Shown piece by piece: positions 25,036-40,060 of a stretch of DNA of 64,000 nt. The notes under the pieces were generated by a model that was not told the DNA's origin, did not search any database, and saw only the letters and a list, made by a program, of their open reading frames with translations. Position numbers and translations under genes: made by a program. The stretch is from Octopus bimaculoides (lineage: Eukaryota), in assembly GCF_001194135.2 (NCBI RefSeq), contig NC_068981.1, forward strand, positions 52,798,771 through 52,862,770, written 5' to 3'. How positions within the stretch are numbered: the stretch's first letter is position 1; every line of letters starts with the position of its first letter.

Positions 25036-25949
25036 CTGCCTCATCAGATATACAAATGTTAACCACCATTTCACCCAATCTTCAAACATTTATACTCATT
25101 CGTTATTTCTGTACTTGATAAATGACAAAGATGTATCAATTGATGAGTCAGTATTTCAAATTCCTTTCATGAGGAAGTGATTTGGTTGCAGTTAAAACTG
25201 TTAATTGTTGTTGGTTTTTCTTTTGCTTGTAAATCACATTGTAATCTTCTATAACATTTTAAAATATTCTTAGTTAAAATAACATGGTCACTATTTCACC
25301 AGCTCAACTACTTCTTGTATAGCATATAGACTTGTCTGTTATTTCTAATTTTTTAAAAGCAACATAATCATTGAATATTTTCAACTTAAAAATCTAAACA
25401 AGATCCTTTCAACCATTGGTTCATTTTCTTGGGAACCATACAAAATTTAAATTGTTCCAAATTTAATTTATCATTACTCCTCAAATCATTGATGACTTTT
25501 GCCAGTGTGATTATTGGGTTTCTCTATGAAAAAAAATTGTAAACTCAATCAATTACTCTATTTTTAAAAAAAATTGATGATATGTATTTGAAAATTAAAA
25601 TTAAATTCACATTTTATTGTTTATAGCATCTCTTGTTTATGATTTAACAATGGTTGAAGTAAGCAATGTTTTAGCAAACAATTTTTGTAGACTTGTTTTT
25701 AACAGTAACAGATATTGTTGGCGTATGATTGCAGTTAGTGTTATGGCAAGAGGACTCTTTATTCTTGCTAAGGATAGGACAACCTCTTTAGTGCTGGTAC
25801 TCTGATAAAAACTCTATAAATTGGCTGAAGTCATACCAAATATTAGAAAATATGAGTAAGACATGTTCATCTGAACCTTCTTGGAAGGCAGTAGCTCTGA
25901 ATAAGAACTGATTCAAACTGATTCAAACTGCTTTGACCACACTATGCAT

Positions 25950-25996
<47 letters not shown>

Positions 25997-27222
25997 GATA
26001 TCTATGCAACTATCTCATAGATTTATAGATTTTTAGTCTCATGAAAATTATTTGTGAATATTTATATTGTTCTTAAGAAAACAATTTCTTTTCTTAAGGA
26101 CAATTCACATATTCAAAACCCAATTTTAGCATTTTATCCAGTTGGTGATATATTGGTAACTTTAGATGTGACTAGATCAGAAAAAGGGTCATTTTGCAAA
26201 TTTCTTTGAGACAGAAGTATTGATATAAAAATTTTTTTATTAGGATTAAAATTTAGATTAAATTTTGTTGGGACCCTTATATTATTTGCAATATCAATTT
26301 TTGTTTATCTTAATATATCTGTTATACATCTAGTACTATCTAAAATTACTTTATAAAATTGAGGATATCTATTCATAGAGAGAGCAGATAGTGCTGTAAA
26401 ACTGAAGTATTAAATATATGATATATATAATCTAAACAGAAAAATTGTTTTGAAATATATTAAATCAATTTAGAATGTACTTGTTTGAATATAGGCTAAT
26501 TTCTGAGAATTGTTTAAAAGTATTAGCCATGTCTGGATACATAAAATATTGGAGCTTATAGTTCAGCCATTAGTTCAAAATGTGCAACTTGTATTTGTAT
26601 GGGTCATCTCAAACTGGGATTTGTTTTGAGACAAATGAACTGATAAACAACTGACCATAATTGATGACTGGGGTAGAGAAGCCTGCCATTATATAACTAG
26701 AAAATATATGAATATGCTGCATGTATGTGTAAGTCTGTATAAAGTGCTTATTCTGTAGAGTTGCTGTAGAGTAGCTCAAATTACAATAAACATTTTGAAA
26801 ATAAATATTGATATTGCTGCTTTGTAGAGCAGTGTTAATGGTGGATGAATGAAATCAAACCAATATTATTGTTCCTGATAATATAGTTAACATGTTTATT
26901 AGGCAAAGGAAGTATGCTTAAGTGAAATTTATAAAATCTGGTTCGGGAGTTAAATGAGCAATTTTTAGACTCATCTGATTAGAAAATAAACCACTACAAA
27001 CTTGGTACCAAGATATATTTTTCAAGAGAAAAATATGCCACTCACACTCAATCACTTTATTTCTTTATTTGTTTCATATCTATAAAAATATTAAAAAATG
27101 CTAGTGCATTAATCCTACGTTTTTTAAAAGTATTTTTTCTCCTTTAAAAGATAATTATGTAACAATTTATTGTGTTTTGAATTTATATCATTATGATTAT
27201 TGCTAATTTGTTTATTTTACAG

Positions 27223-27228
27223 CTTGAT
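27223..27228 (+). CDS. CADPS: CAPS exon 2, start only (codons L-D; remainder lost in N-gap 27229-27448)
   Basis: Acceptor TTTATTTTACAG|CTT GAT directly abuts the gap. CAPS continues NACQ|LDNADEQ..., the phase 0 matches exon 1, and I found no other LDNADEQ-coding segment between exons 1 and 3. Confidence 0.8.
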
Positions 27229-30200
27229 NNNNNNNNNNNNNNNNNNNNNNNNNNNNNNNNNNNNNNNNNNNNNNNNNNNNNNNNNNNNNNNNNNNNNNNN
27301 NNNNNNNNNNNNNNNNNNNNNNNNNNNNNNNNNNNNNNNNNNNNNNNNNNNNNNNNNNNNNNNNNNNNNNNNNNNNNNNNNNNNNNNNNNNNNNNNNNNN
27401 NNNNNNNNNNNNNNNNNNNNNNNNNNNNNNNNNNNNNNNNNNNNNNNNAACGTATACTCTAAATTTAATTTGAAATAATTTATATTTTTTAATCTTTTGA
27501 TAGTCACTCATACAAAGATCCTGTAACAAAATGCCAGATAAGGTAATTATTTCTCATTTAAAATATAAAAAAAAACAGAAGGGCTTAATGGATGTTTAAT
27601 GGATGTCTTATACTCATCAAAATTGTGTTGTCTAATATTATTCCCCAGAAAATATTTTTTGTACCAAGACCTTATTACTATTGTTTCTTGTTTTATAATT
27701 AGTTTTATTAATTTAATTACTCGTCTATTTTCTTCATATTTAGATTTAATTTGTATTTGCATTGTAGAATAAAACAGAAATGCTCTTTTTAGTATAATAT
27801 GATGTATTTTTATTTGAATATGTTCTGTATTTTTGTGGCTGGTTATTGAATAATATGGAATTTCTGCTGTTGATGATGTCAATCTTAATGCTGTTCTTTT
27901 GTAAGCATTTTGATGTACTTTTTGTTTCTGTCTAGAGTCTGTGCTTTTAAGTTACTTTTACAAGTTGTGCTTATCATGTATTGTAAACAGTAAACATCAT
28001 TTATAAGAATTTACGCTGTAAGGTTTATGGTTTATTTCCTTTTTCTGATGCATTGTGTAGAGATGGCATATGGCATAAATAACAAAATTATGAAAATTGT
28101 GAGTTATTGATATATGAACATTTTTTTTTAAAGTCTGTTATATAAAGTAAAGTAATATATCTTTGTTCTAAAGATCTGGAATTAAAAAAAAAATGAAATG
28201 AAATCTCTTTTGATATTTTGTACAGTTTATATTTATTAAGAGTTAAATTGTTCTTGAAAGAAAATATATTTACAAAATTACTTTAGTGTAACAATTTTTT
28301 TTTTTTTTGTACTTTGTTTTAGTAAACATCTTAGAACATTTTTCCATGTATGTTGAGTAAGAAAGTTTTGCAATCATTATTAGATATTATATAATATACC
28401 AAGAAAATTAGCAGAGAAGTAGTTATATCAGGCATAAGAAAGTTGGATTTCATTGAAATTGTGACATTTAGGATTGGGATGCATGGAAGTATACTGTTGT
28501 GTAAACTTGTTCAATGCATGTCAGCATGGAAAACATACATTGAAATGGTGATTAAAATATCAATGAAAATATATTGTTATTCTTTTTTTCCTCTATAGTT
28601 TATTCTAGATTGTCTTGAAGAAAAAGTTAAAGTTGCAATTATAGCGCAATCTTATTCAAAAATCTATAATAATATGTATAACTCCTAAATTTGTACATCT
28701 AGCTCTCTCAAATTAGTGATAAACAAGAAACAAATATAGTGAACTGCTTTTAATTGGAATTACATTGGTAAGGACATCACCTTGGAAACACAGGATCTTA
28801 ACATTAATTTTAATAACTAAGGCATAGATAATCTACATGTGCAATAATTTGAAACCTGTTTACCTGTAAGCCTAGAATATACAGTAAATTCAATTTTTGG
28901 AAGTTGATAGTTTTGAATGTATCTTATTTTCTCTGTAACTTTGAATGAATCCACTACATTGTTCTTGTTAATTTTTTGGAAATTGTTCTGCGACTGACAA
29001 ATAGTATGAGTCTTTCAAATTCATGAATGACATAGTCTGAGTTATTAATAATCATATACTACCTTTCTCAGACATCCTGTTTGTGATTGGTTTATTGTTA
29101 AAGTTTCATACACTTGATACATTTCCACAGATAATAGGAAAGCAGGGTGTTTTAAAGCATCAGCTTTTTAAAGAAATAATTGTTTTCAAAGTAAATTTAA
29201 ATAATTTTAACTTTCTTTTCTCTTAGGTTGATATCTGGTCCTGTTTCATTTCTCTAGCTACCACATATTAATTGAATATATTCTCATTCTTTCAGATAGA
29301 TATGTTTTGCAAGTGTCATTCAACAAATCACACCTTGTTCACCCTGAATAATGATGTAGTATAAGTATGTTTTAAACAAAACTTTGTAATATAATCAGAA
29401 AAATTTGGAATTAGCAGGCAGATAGTTTTGCAAAATGAAGATGGTAGATAACTCCACTATTCCTATTCACATTGAATATTTCTTCTCAGCAGTTATTGCA
29501 AAAAAAAAAAGAGAAAAAAAATCTCTATCTCATTTCCTTTTTCTTTATTTGGTCTTCATAGATTGATTTATCTCCACAAAAGTAGTAATCACTTGTTTAA
29601 ACACCCCCCCACCGTCAATTCTGATCAGAGATATTCTATCTTATCTTTTTTGTTTATCTGGGAATATGTCATCTAATGTCTTTTTTGATAGCATAAGGTG
29701 TGACTAAGAAAGAAAAGTTACTATTTTTAGCACTCCAATGATCATGTAGAGGCTCCCTCATTGTAATTGTAGGATGTTGAAATACCTATCTTGAGTTTTA
29801 GATAGGTACACTCTGACTCTGTATATTGTAAAAGTCTTACCTCTCACAATATGCAATTTTTATGGCATTGATCATAAAATACTGCCTCAAAAAGTCCCAT
29901 ACAAGTATGGAAAAATGGATATAAAGATAATGATAATGTCTAACATAAACTTATAAATTGAGGAAACACTCAGCTGCTTTTTTTTTATCATGTTTTAATA
30001 TGCAGATATTATTCAATTTGAAATGTTTGTTTTTGATTATTTAGTATCTCTGAAACCTTGCTATTTCACAATACTAGCTTGAATTTTAATGAACCCAGTC
30101 TCCTTTGTACCACTAATCCAGGTTTGTTCTATTGAAAATTAAGTCAAAAGCTCAGTCAGGCAATTATTCTGACAGAGCAGAAATGAAGGATAGAAGGGTT

Positions 30201-32121
30201 TGGAGTTTTCTCCCTTACATTAGAGCATTCCTTCAAAAGGCATGTAAACAAGATTAGTATGATTCTTGTGATACCATGCATTTCAGGTACTGGCTGACAG
30301 GCACTCCTGTGCAGTATTGCCATACAGGAAGTTGAGATAAAATCAATTATATTTTATTATAGTGTTTTGAATATCTTTTTCTTAAATTCAAAATGCATCT
30401 TTTGCTCAGTAAAATGCTTTAGCTTTGTACAACCTATATATACTCAATTAGATTTACTTTTACTCTTGCAAAAATTGATCAAGAAGTTAAAAATGAGTTA
30501 TATCTTGTCTTTTTAGTATTATTATTTTGTTATTTAAACAGTCTCAGGATTTCATTTTCCAATGATCTAATAATGTTAATTTGACTTTATCAGATTTGAT
30601 TTGCCTAATATTGAAAGCTTCATTGTCAAGCTTTTATTATGGTGTATTTCATCATACTTGTTCAAGTTAGATGTTTTTGATACTGCCTTATATTACTATC
30701 CATTTGGATATAACACTTCATTTATGCTTTTTTTTTTCTACTGTGTGATCTGTTGAAAACAGTTAACTATGTGGAAAACAAAAGTAAAACTCCCCAGAAA
30801 ATTACTTATATTATTATGGTATCTGTAGATATTTTATCAATCTGTTTAAGAATAACTTCTATATTAGTGAATGTAATATATTATTATGTATATTTCTGGT
30901 GTATATTTGTAATTTGCTTAATTTAGTATTTTCAGCAATAGTCCAGATCTCTAGAATATATTCACTTTTATCATAGACATTAGCTTGCTATTTCATTAGT
31001 TTTCAGTATACTTCTGAAATAAATTATATTTGACATAATTTTGTTTTTGAATGTGAATATATATATATTTTTTTTTTTGTTTTTCAAATTATTCAATATA
31101 TTTCAATTACTAAGATCTTTGATAAAGCAAAAATCTAACTAAATAAGTGTTAAATGGTAAAAAATAATTATGACTTTGAGAAGATACCCTGCAGAGCTAC
31201 CCAACTCCTGGTAAAATGATTTTAAACACTAAAAGTTTTGAAATCAAAGGATTATTTGGTGTGTAGATGCTTAAAACTTGTAAGGACAACTCATTTTTAC
31301 TGCTATGGTGTAAATTCTGAACTTGTAGGTAGAGGTGAGCAGCTATGAGTATGAGTTTGGTCATTCTTTTGGATGCTAGCTGGGATGTCTGTATGGGTAG
31401 CTGTAGTACTTCTCCAAATGCAGAAGCAGTACCAATTTGTGAGGTTTCACTGAGCTTTGTAGAATATTACTAATTTTGGGGGGATGAAGTACTTTTCTGT
31501 AGAAGGTAAACAACTGATCAGGGTTAAAGTACTTTGTTGATTTAAAGAGGAACCTAGTCTTTGAGATGCAGTTTTACTAATGTTATAAACATGGAGTTGC
31601 CATGACAGATACCTGACTTCAGAATTTTTTGTTCAAATGGTACTGACATTCTGAATCTGTTATAAATACAGGCTGATATTATTTCTTGTACTGACAAAAG
31701 AGTATTAATTTTGTGGGGCTTTTTTCCTTATTTGGAACTGTATCACATTTTCATAGGAGTTACAAGCCATAATCAAAGCATTTTTGTTGGAAGAACTTTA
31801 CATGTTATTTTTGAAATGTCTAATGTTATATTTATCCTTTTTGAAATCAGTCATGAAGTGACTCACTACAACAAATAGTGCTGTACAAACCAGTGGGAAA
31901 GCCTCTTCTTGGTTGCTGCACCCATTAGAAATAGCAAACAAATCTCATTTAAATCACACACTTTTCTCATTTAAAAGTATAGGACATACTAGGTAATACA
32001 GTCTAAGATACACTATGTGAATAGAAGGTAGTACAACCAAAAGTAGAAAGCCTTTGATCATAGCTTTGTTTGGCCTTAGTTGATCTGAAGTTAAATCATA
32101 ATTGATAACATAACATTGTGC

Positions 32122-32179
<58 letters not shown>

Positions 32180-35100
32180 TATAAAACATTCAGGAACACT
32201 GATTTAATATAACTTAAGCACCGTAGACAGTTACATACAGCAATGGGCACCTGGACATGATTCTTTGGCACCTTAAATATAATTCTTTGCATTTGTGATG
32301 CCAGTGTTTTACTGTCCTATCAACATAGTAAATGCTATTTTGCTGAACTTCCACCTCTGCTAATTAACAGGAACTTATAAATTTGCTATTGGTTTCATAA
32401 TTATTGTGTTTGTTGAACTTGATTGTTGTGCTATTATCACACACCATATTACCTAAAACTCAGTATTTACAATATATATTTGTTGCTACATCTATTGGGC
32501 ATGATAAACTCATCTTGCAAGCCAAAAATGAACTCGTTAATTCTGTAATAGTATTCTTGCTATTTACAGAAATTTACAATTTGGTGAAGTGAGCTACCAA
32601 AAACTAAATGCCTTTGTCAAAGACAATAGTAACTTCAGAAGCACTGACCCTTTGGCTTGTCAAGCACATTACAACTGGTTCAGCTTCAACTACCAATTGT
32701 CATTCTTGAATTCTCTTCAAATATTTAATATTACATTTTAACTTACATATAGCATTAATTATTGTTAATGCTAGTCAGATTACTCTACTCAACTTGTTTA
32801 ATATTCTTTGCGATTATAAACACCTGAACTGAAGTGACAAAAAATTCTTTTAAATATTTGATTTAAAAAAGATTTCTATGAAAATTTATCATAGAAAATA
32901 TTGCTTGTTAAAAATCCATTATGAAATTATTGCCAAAGCAGTTTTGAGTAAAATAACTTGAATAATATTGTCAATTGATGTCTTCTTGCATAATAGGATA
33001 ACCTTGTATGACTTTGACCAACAATAAAATTCATAATTTTAAATGTTCAAGTAGTTTATTCAGTGAGTAAAAGAAAAGTTTTATCATAGGCCAATATTTT
33101 ATTATTAAAATAAAAATTAAGTATTGCTTCCAATTTTAATATTTTTAATTTGCATTTCATCATTTCAACATTAACCAAGATTTTTCTCTTGCCTGTTCTG
33201 TGGCACTTAATTGGATAGGGGGTAATTTAAGTGGTTTGCCAATAATAGAAATGTTGCTAGTATAGCCATGAAATCATGATTCTCCAGCAAAAATAATTGC
33301 ATTTTATTCACGTAATCATTGTGATTTCTCATCATTTAAATGTTATAACAGTATATTCTCTTATTGTTGAAGAGCTGATAAAATATCAATATCAAGCCAA
33401 TATGATAGTTTAAATTTACAACAAAAAGAAATGACATCTATTCTTATTACCTGTTATGAATCAACATCAAGGATTTAATGTGTATAGTTTCAGGTTAAAC
33501 TCTCTGTATTGCATATTTTGATGAGAGATGACTCCTAATGACTGAAATAATTTGTTTTAAACTGTTTATGGTATCTAAAATATACTTTTTGTTGCTTTCT
33601 AAAATATTTAATGTCTAAATTGAGTTGATCATTTTTAGAGAGTAGTTGATGTTTTGGATTAGTGATTGAGTTGTAATAAATCGCTTGTTTTGTGGACATA
33701 TGAAAATTGAAATTGCAAATTAAGGATGAAAGAAAACGTGCAAATCTGAAAATAACATAACCTTTGTTTCAATATAAATTGTTCTTTACAAGTACAAAAT
33801 AATGATAATAATAATAATAAAAATTCATTGTTTTATTTATTTTCTTTGTAATTTCAGATTTATAGTAATTATCTTTGATGTCAACTCATTTTTTTTATTT
33901 TTGAATATATGATTTTATTAATTTGTTTTCATTTTATTGCTTCAATCGTATTAATTCATGTCATAAAGTATCCCATTTGGTTGCTTATTATCTTTCAGTT
34001 CTATGTGTATGCATTTTCTCAGATTTAATACATCTCAAGTTTATAGTAGCAATATCATTGTAATAAATGATTTTTATTGATGAATTGGTAAGGAAAACCT
34101 GGAATTAATTGGATATGAGTTGTTGGTTGTACAATGTGAAATAAATTAGGTACAGAAGTGTTGAGAAAATTATTGACTACATTTTAAAATCACTAAGTTT
34201 CCTTATTTAATAGTTAAGGGGTAAGTTCATTTTTCAGTTATAAAAAAAAGTGAATGCACACAGAATGAGTGAACTTTGAGAAATAACTTTAAAAAAGATG
34301 CAATGAATTCTACTAAGAGAAGTATTGCAAAGTTGGCTCAAAATAGAATAAAGTAAACAATCTCTGGCTGATTGTTTGAAAGAGAAGAAGCTGCTTTATA
34401 CAAAGCTGAAACAAAGAAATGAAAGCTTGGAATAGCAAACTTCGAGTGAAACATTGCCTATTTGAGTTTTACTATGTAGCATCATAGGCAACATAGTCAT
34501 TTGAACAATTATATTTTGCATAAAAGAAAAAGTTGAGGTATAAACTAAATATTATTTTAATGATGCAACAAAGAAGTAACGTATATTAATATTAAAAGCT
34601 TCATGATATTTCAAGTGAACTGGCAAAAACATTCAATGTCATCAACTGGAGCAGGAGAAGCACTAAATTTAAGTTCATGAGTTGCTGCTATGATTTCTCA
34701 TAAATTAGTTTAGTTATCTAAGCAATATGTTCAATGTTGAAGCAGAAACCAGCATATTAATATTAATGTTAAACTGGTTAGAAGAAATCTAAAGACTTGG
34801 CCTTTTCATTCATTACTAACAGGTTTCTCATCTTTTTTTTCTTTTTACAAAAAGTTGATTGTATAATATATATATTGGAAGTGTGATGTCTCATAGTTGG
34901 GGCAGGTAGCCAGTAAGACCTAGTTATAAGAAAACTATTGCAGCATAATATGATAGCTTTATAATAAAGAGGGGAGGAGGAGTATCTTTATTGTGTTATC
35001 TACAAAGAAGTCGTTTTTAAAATTTAGATAAATTTACTTTCAATTAATGAAAGCTGAAATCATCAACAACCATTTTTAATGAAATAAATTTTGTTTTTGT

Positions 35101-35229
35101 TCTATTTTCAGTTATTTATGGAGTATCTAAAATCCTTCTAATTCAAGTTCTCTCCTTTTCTAATTTGTTATTTAAATTTCAATAAAGTTAAGAATTATCT
35201 ATTTATTTTCATATGCTATTAAATATTGT

Positions 35230-35700
35230 TATAGCAAAAAGTGAATCACAAAGACCGATCTCTCCATTTAGTCTCAAAATACTTAATTCCCCCCCCCCCC
35301 AACTACTAATGCTCTACAAAGTCTCATAATTGAGTGCTATATCTATATTTGGAATGGTGCTGTTCTTACACATACGGACATCCTAGATCACATAATGAAA
35401 ATCACATACAGTTTCCTATCTCTGCCTTTTCTGCCAACAACAAAATGGCCTTTGTTCTTCAGAGCTGAAAGTTTCATATTACCTTAATTCAGACACTTCT
35501 GATTCTCTTGTCACTAATGCTGTGTCCACCTGCAGGCTTTGCAGTAACCAACATGCTCTGTCTTTCCTATAAAAATCTCTGGAGTTCTATATCTTACCCA
35601 TGTTTTCCCTGTAGCCATCAACCTAAAACTGTTCAAGAAGAACTTTAATTGCATCATTCTTGCTAACATCAGAGGCCTTACAAAGACTTTCTCTTGAACC
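35230..35700 (+). mobile_element. CR1-like LINE 3' remnant
   Basis: Highly decayed RT C-terminal and 3' end similarity (…FLIKISGVLYLTHVFPVAINLKLFKKNFNCI…). Confidence 0.45.
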
Positions 35701-35864
35701 AGAGTAAACTAATGAGAAACAAATTAGCTAAAATTAATTACTGAGTTAATTGAATTAACTATGCTCACTCAAAAATTTGTGGTTTTATGCAAAAGTTAAA
35801 AATCATTATTTTTATTTAAAATAATTTTTATTAAGATGTATTATTTTTATATTATTAGTGTGGT

Positions 35865-36050
35865 AGACTAGCAGAATTGTTACAGCATTGGACAAAATGA
35901 TTTTTATTTAGTTTTATCTGTTTGTGTCCTTAGCTCAAATGCCATTCAATTTGACTTTCATTCTTTTGGGTTTGATCAACAAATACCAGTCAAGTATTGA
36001 GGTCAGTCTAATCAACTGTGCTCCTGCTAATATCACTGATCACTTATTGA
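35865..36050 (+). mobile_element. tRNA-derived SINE family A copy (decayed)
   Basis: GACTAGCAGAATTG...GCTCAAAT...AAATACCAGTCAAGTATTG. Confidence 0.55.
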
Positions 36051-37599
36051 GGGGTAACTTTGATCACTGAAAGCTCAAGCATTTGACTCTAATTACCAAC
36101 AAGTAGTGTCTGAGATAAAGAGTAGTAAGTTAGTTAATTATATATGTGTTTCTTGGTAGATGGACTTACATTTTTCTTGCTGGTTTTGCTCATTTAAAAT
36201 ATGATAGGCTTTTTTGAGCAATGGTGAGTAGATTTTTTTTAAAGTTTTTATTAAAAAATTTTATGTGTGTTACTTTTTTGATTTTGGAAAAGGTTTCCTC
36301 TTTCTCTGATTTAAGATATAAAAAAAAGTGTACAAATAAAAGTAATGATTTTAAAAATATTACTTGATGATAAGTGAAAATAATTTCTGATATTGTTTGA
36401 GATGAATGAAGTTTTACAAATAAATTTGCTTTTGGTATTGCCTTCTATGTCTTTGAAATGCACATCAAACTATACAAATTGGAAGGTGTTTTAGTAGCTA
36501 ATTTTAGATCTTAAATTCTCTTACAATAAAACTATGTTCCTGTATGAAAAGCCACTTGGTATCAATTTGCTTTCCAACAGACATAGGTTGATAAAATAAA
36601 TACCAAAAAGATAATGAAATTTTTTGTCTTTCTACTACAGAAATAGCCTTTTGCTCAAGACTATAAATAAGGGCTCACATAAGACTGGACTAGTAGTAGA
36701 ATTTAGACTACCAAACTAGCTGCCTTATAATATTTAGTTTTTGATACATGCCATACTGCTCAGAATTTTCTGAATTCTTGTTTGGTTTCCACCTGGAGGG
36801 TGGAAAGGTAAATCTGAAACCAAAGAATCTGATCCCCTGTCGTAAATTTATGGCCTTGTGCAATGTAAGAAATTAAAGTTGGACAAAATGTCTTGTGGTA
36901 TTTGTTTACTTTTGTTTACATTCTTATTTTAAATCCCACCAAGATCAGCTTTGCTATTTATCCCTCCTGGGTTGATAAAATAAAGTACCAGTTTAATACT
37001 GGCATCAATGAATTCTCCCTTCAAATTTTTAGCCTTGTATCTATTTGAGAAAAAATTTCTTGTTCTAGAGAGAATTCTGAAAACTGACATTTAATTCTTG
37101 GAAATAATGGAGTAAAAATTTAAACTCTTCCTGTCCTATCTGAAGAATAAATGAGAAAGACTAAAAGTATACAACTATTCAAGTTTTGGTAAAACTGAAG
37201 TGAAATATATTATAAAGTAACAACACAATATCAAACTATCATGTACATTGGATATCAAACTGTTGTGTGCACTTTCAAAAGTGAATTATAATAAACTGTA
37301 ACGTGGTTAAAGAAATCATTATTATTTCTCTTTGCTGATGGCTTTGCGTTCCGGCTCTAAAAAACATATGTAAGTCTACTTAAGAAGAAAAGTTAGAAAT
37401 ATAATTAATTTTGATTCTTTAATTATCCATTCTTTTTGAAGTAAAGTAAATATGGTAAACTTAAGTTAAATATCAAGGAAAACTTTTGAAATATATGTAG
37501 ATAACCTTGAGTTCAGACTAGTCAAAGTAAAAATAACTGATTATAATTTGTGACTACACCAAAAAGAGAGCAACTTCTTTGACCCTACAAACTTCTGAT

Positions 37600-38450
37600 C
37601 TATCATACTTATTTCCAGTAACTTAATGCTAATATGAACAGTTGTCAAGTTTATCTTCACCACTTCAAGTCTCTCTCTGCCTCCTCATTGAACATTGGTA
37701 TGGCTTCCATAGAACCACATCTACCAGAGACTTACTTTTCTGTGTCACTCATTTTGCAACCGTTGATTGGCATAAAATCCTACTAGTTAAGTCTTTGTTC
37801 TATAACCATTTATCATGCATAAGATCAAAAGCCTTGTTGGATACATCATTACAGTCTATACTGTTAGCATTAGATTATTCTTCAATTACAATATTGTTGT
37901 ATTCAACAAATCAAAGACTCAGTTACTCTACATGTCAAAGAAACACTCTTGTGCCTTAAACTTTGTAGTCATGAATCACAGGCAATTTGAACAACCAAAG
38001 TTACTCAAATACTTGGCCTTCCAATCTCTGATGATCTTGCATGGCAGCTCCATAGAAAAGACATTGCTGAAACTTCATCACAAAGATTGAGTTTCGTTTT
38101 TAGAGTGTGAAATACTTCAGCCCAATTGCTCAGCTTCTACAACACTCAAGTAATAACTGCACAGCAGGATTTTTCTGTTTCTGCACATACTAACACTCTA
38201 AACAGAATTTTGAAGAACGTCAACTGGACAAAGAGTCAGTGATGAATATGCATTTTTTCTTCTCTGCTTGTTTGATTGAAATTAAGTAGCTGCATACTCT
38301 GTCTACTCAAGCTTACTTGTCCAACCTATTTTTCCCACTTCTCTTACTCTTACAGAATGAAACTTCTTGCCCTTCACATTAAACTCTTTAACTAATAATT
38401 CATTCCAGGACAGTAAACTTTTGGGATTTCTGCCAATACTTTGCCAACAA
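37600..38450 (+). mobile_element. CR1-like LINE RT remnant
   Basis: LIEHWYGFHRTTSTRDLLFCVTH resembles the QYGFR..RST.DLL RT motif; many stops. Confidence 0.6.
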
Positions 38451-39132
38451 ACACCAACTGATGTTCAAACAGATCATCAATCACATACATCTTGTTAACC
38501 TGGAAGAATATTGAATAGTTATGAGCACTACTCCTCTGACTGTCATATTAAATAAAAATACAGTGCTGGTTGCTTTCAAGAAGCAAAACAGGCTTTGGTT
38601 ACGAAGTTCATTTTGCAGTCATGTGGTTCCTGATTTGGTCCCACTGTCTGGCACCTTTGACAAGAGTCAGCTCTGGGTTGAGCCCTGTTTTCTTAGTGGA
38701 ACTAGTATGCAGAAATTGAAAAGCCCTTTGTGTGTATGTGTGTGTGTTTTATTCTGTTTTTAATTATTTGAATTCTTCCTTTGAAGGAGATAGTTTCTGA
38801 CAAGAATAATGTCACATCTTAAACTTGAGGGAAATCTTGCATATATTTACTGTTCCAGTTACAGATTGTATTTGTAGTATGTGAATTAATTGGTTGATTT
38901 ATTTTTCTGAAAACCCTAGCTTATCTAGATTATCACTTAAGCACAAAACCCAAGTGCACCAACTATTTTTGGTATAAATGTGAATTTATAATCTGGATAC
39001 AGAAGCTGGAGGTTTCAAAGCAGTTGTACATAGTTATATGCACGTATGTATTCATGTGTATATATGTGTGTATATTTTTGTATGTGTATGCATGTGTACA
39101 TATGTGTATGTATGTATATATATATATATATA

Positions 39133-40060
39133 TGTCATTATTCAGTTTTATTTCAAGATTTCTTGCCAATAAAGAAAGAGCCGGTTTCTAACCTAGATTC
39201 AAGGCTCCTTCGGTGAAATTTCAACATCAACAACAGGGTATTTTTGTATGTATATATATGTGCAGATTTGTATGTTTTGTTTTATGTATGTCTTCTCATG
39301 CATATATTTTGCATGTCGAGACACACTCATATATACTTAAATGATAATCTTCTGGAAAGTTTTACAGATTTTTACAGTTTCAGTGATGGCTTGGATTTGT
39401 AATCTTTGAATCAACTTTCTCCTTTCTGGTTTTGAGTTGCCTAATTTCTCAAGATTGGTATTTAGGCAGTGTGTTGCATATCCCAGTGCCTCGATCATTA
39501 CAGCTATAAACCTGAACTTGTAATGTGGATAGAGTAACTGCAGATTTCTCAATAGTTCAGCATATTCTCTTTTTCATTGACCTTCAGCTTATGTTAACAT
39601 CCTCTGGGCAACTGTACACAATTTCTCCTCACTGTCCCAAATCATTATATCAGGTGTATCATGTATACATTTTATTGAGTTTTTTACTGGGACATTTCAC
39701 CATACTCCTTTTTATTATGAGAGGCAATGGCTTCCACCATACTGTGGGTTCTTATTTCTTTGTCCTCATGATTATCCTTCCGATGGATTTCATTATATAG
39801 TGTTCTAGTTACATCATGTTTCATTGGTAAATAATACTGTGATGATATTTTCAGATAACTGGTTATAATGTGGGTGATACTTTCAGTGTTAACTCCACAA
39901 AGTCTGCACCGGTTGTCACATTTTACTGCTTTTCCTATATCTCTGTCTCCTTTGTGCATTAGGTATTTGGTTGATATTTCCTGTTCCTGGATTGAAAACT
40001 CATACCCTGTTAAGTGGGAGGTAGTAATCTGGATAGACTGCTTTGATGATCAATGTTACT
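39133..40060 (-). mobile_element. Restriction-like endonuclease (RLE) non-LTR retrotransposon 3' fragment (R4/NeSL-like group)
   Basis: Zinc knuckle CRLCG...ESITHIITS, then RNLQLLYPHYKFRFI..IEALG, stop and 3' UTR. Flanked by TA/TG microsatellite. Confidence 0.75.

Noticed and set aside
29227-29271. Strong acceptor (TTTCTTTTCTCTTAG|GTT) in intron 2
   Set aside because: In-frame stop after 14 codons, no donor and no CAPS similarity.
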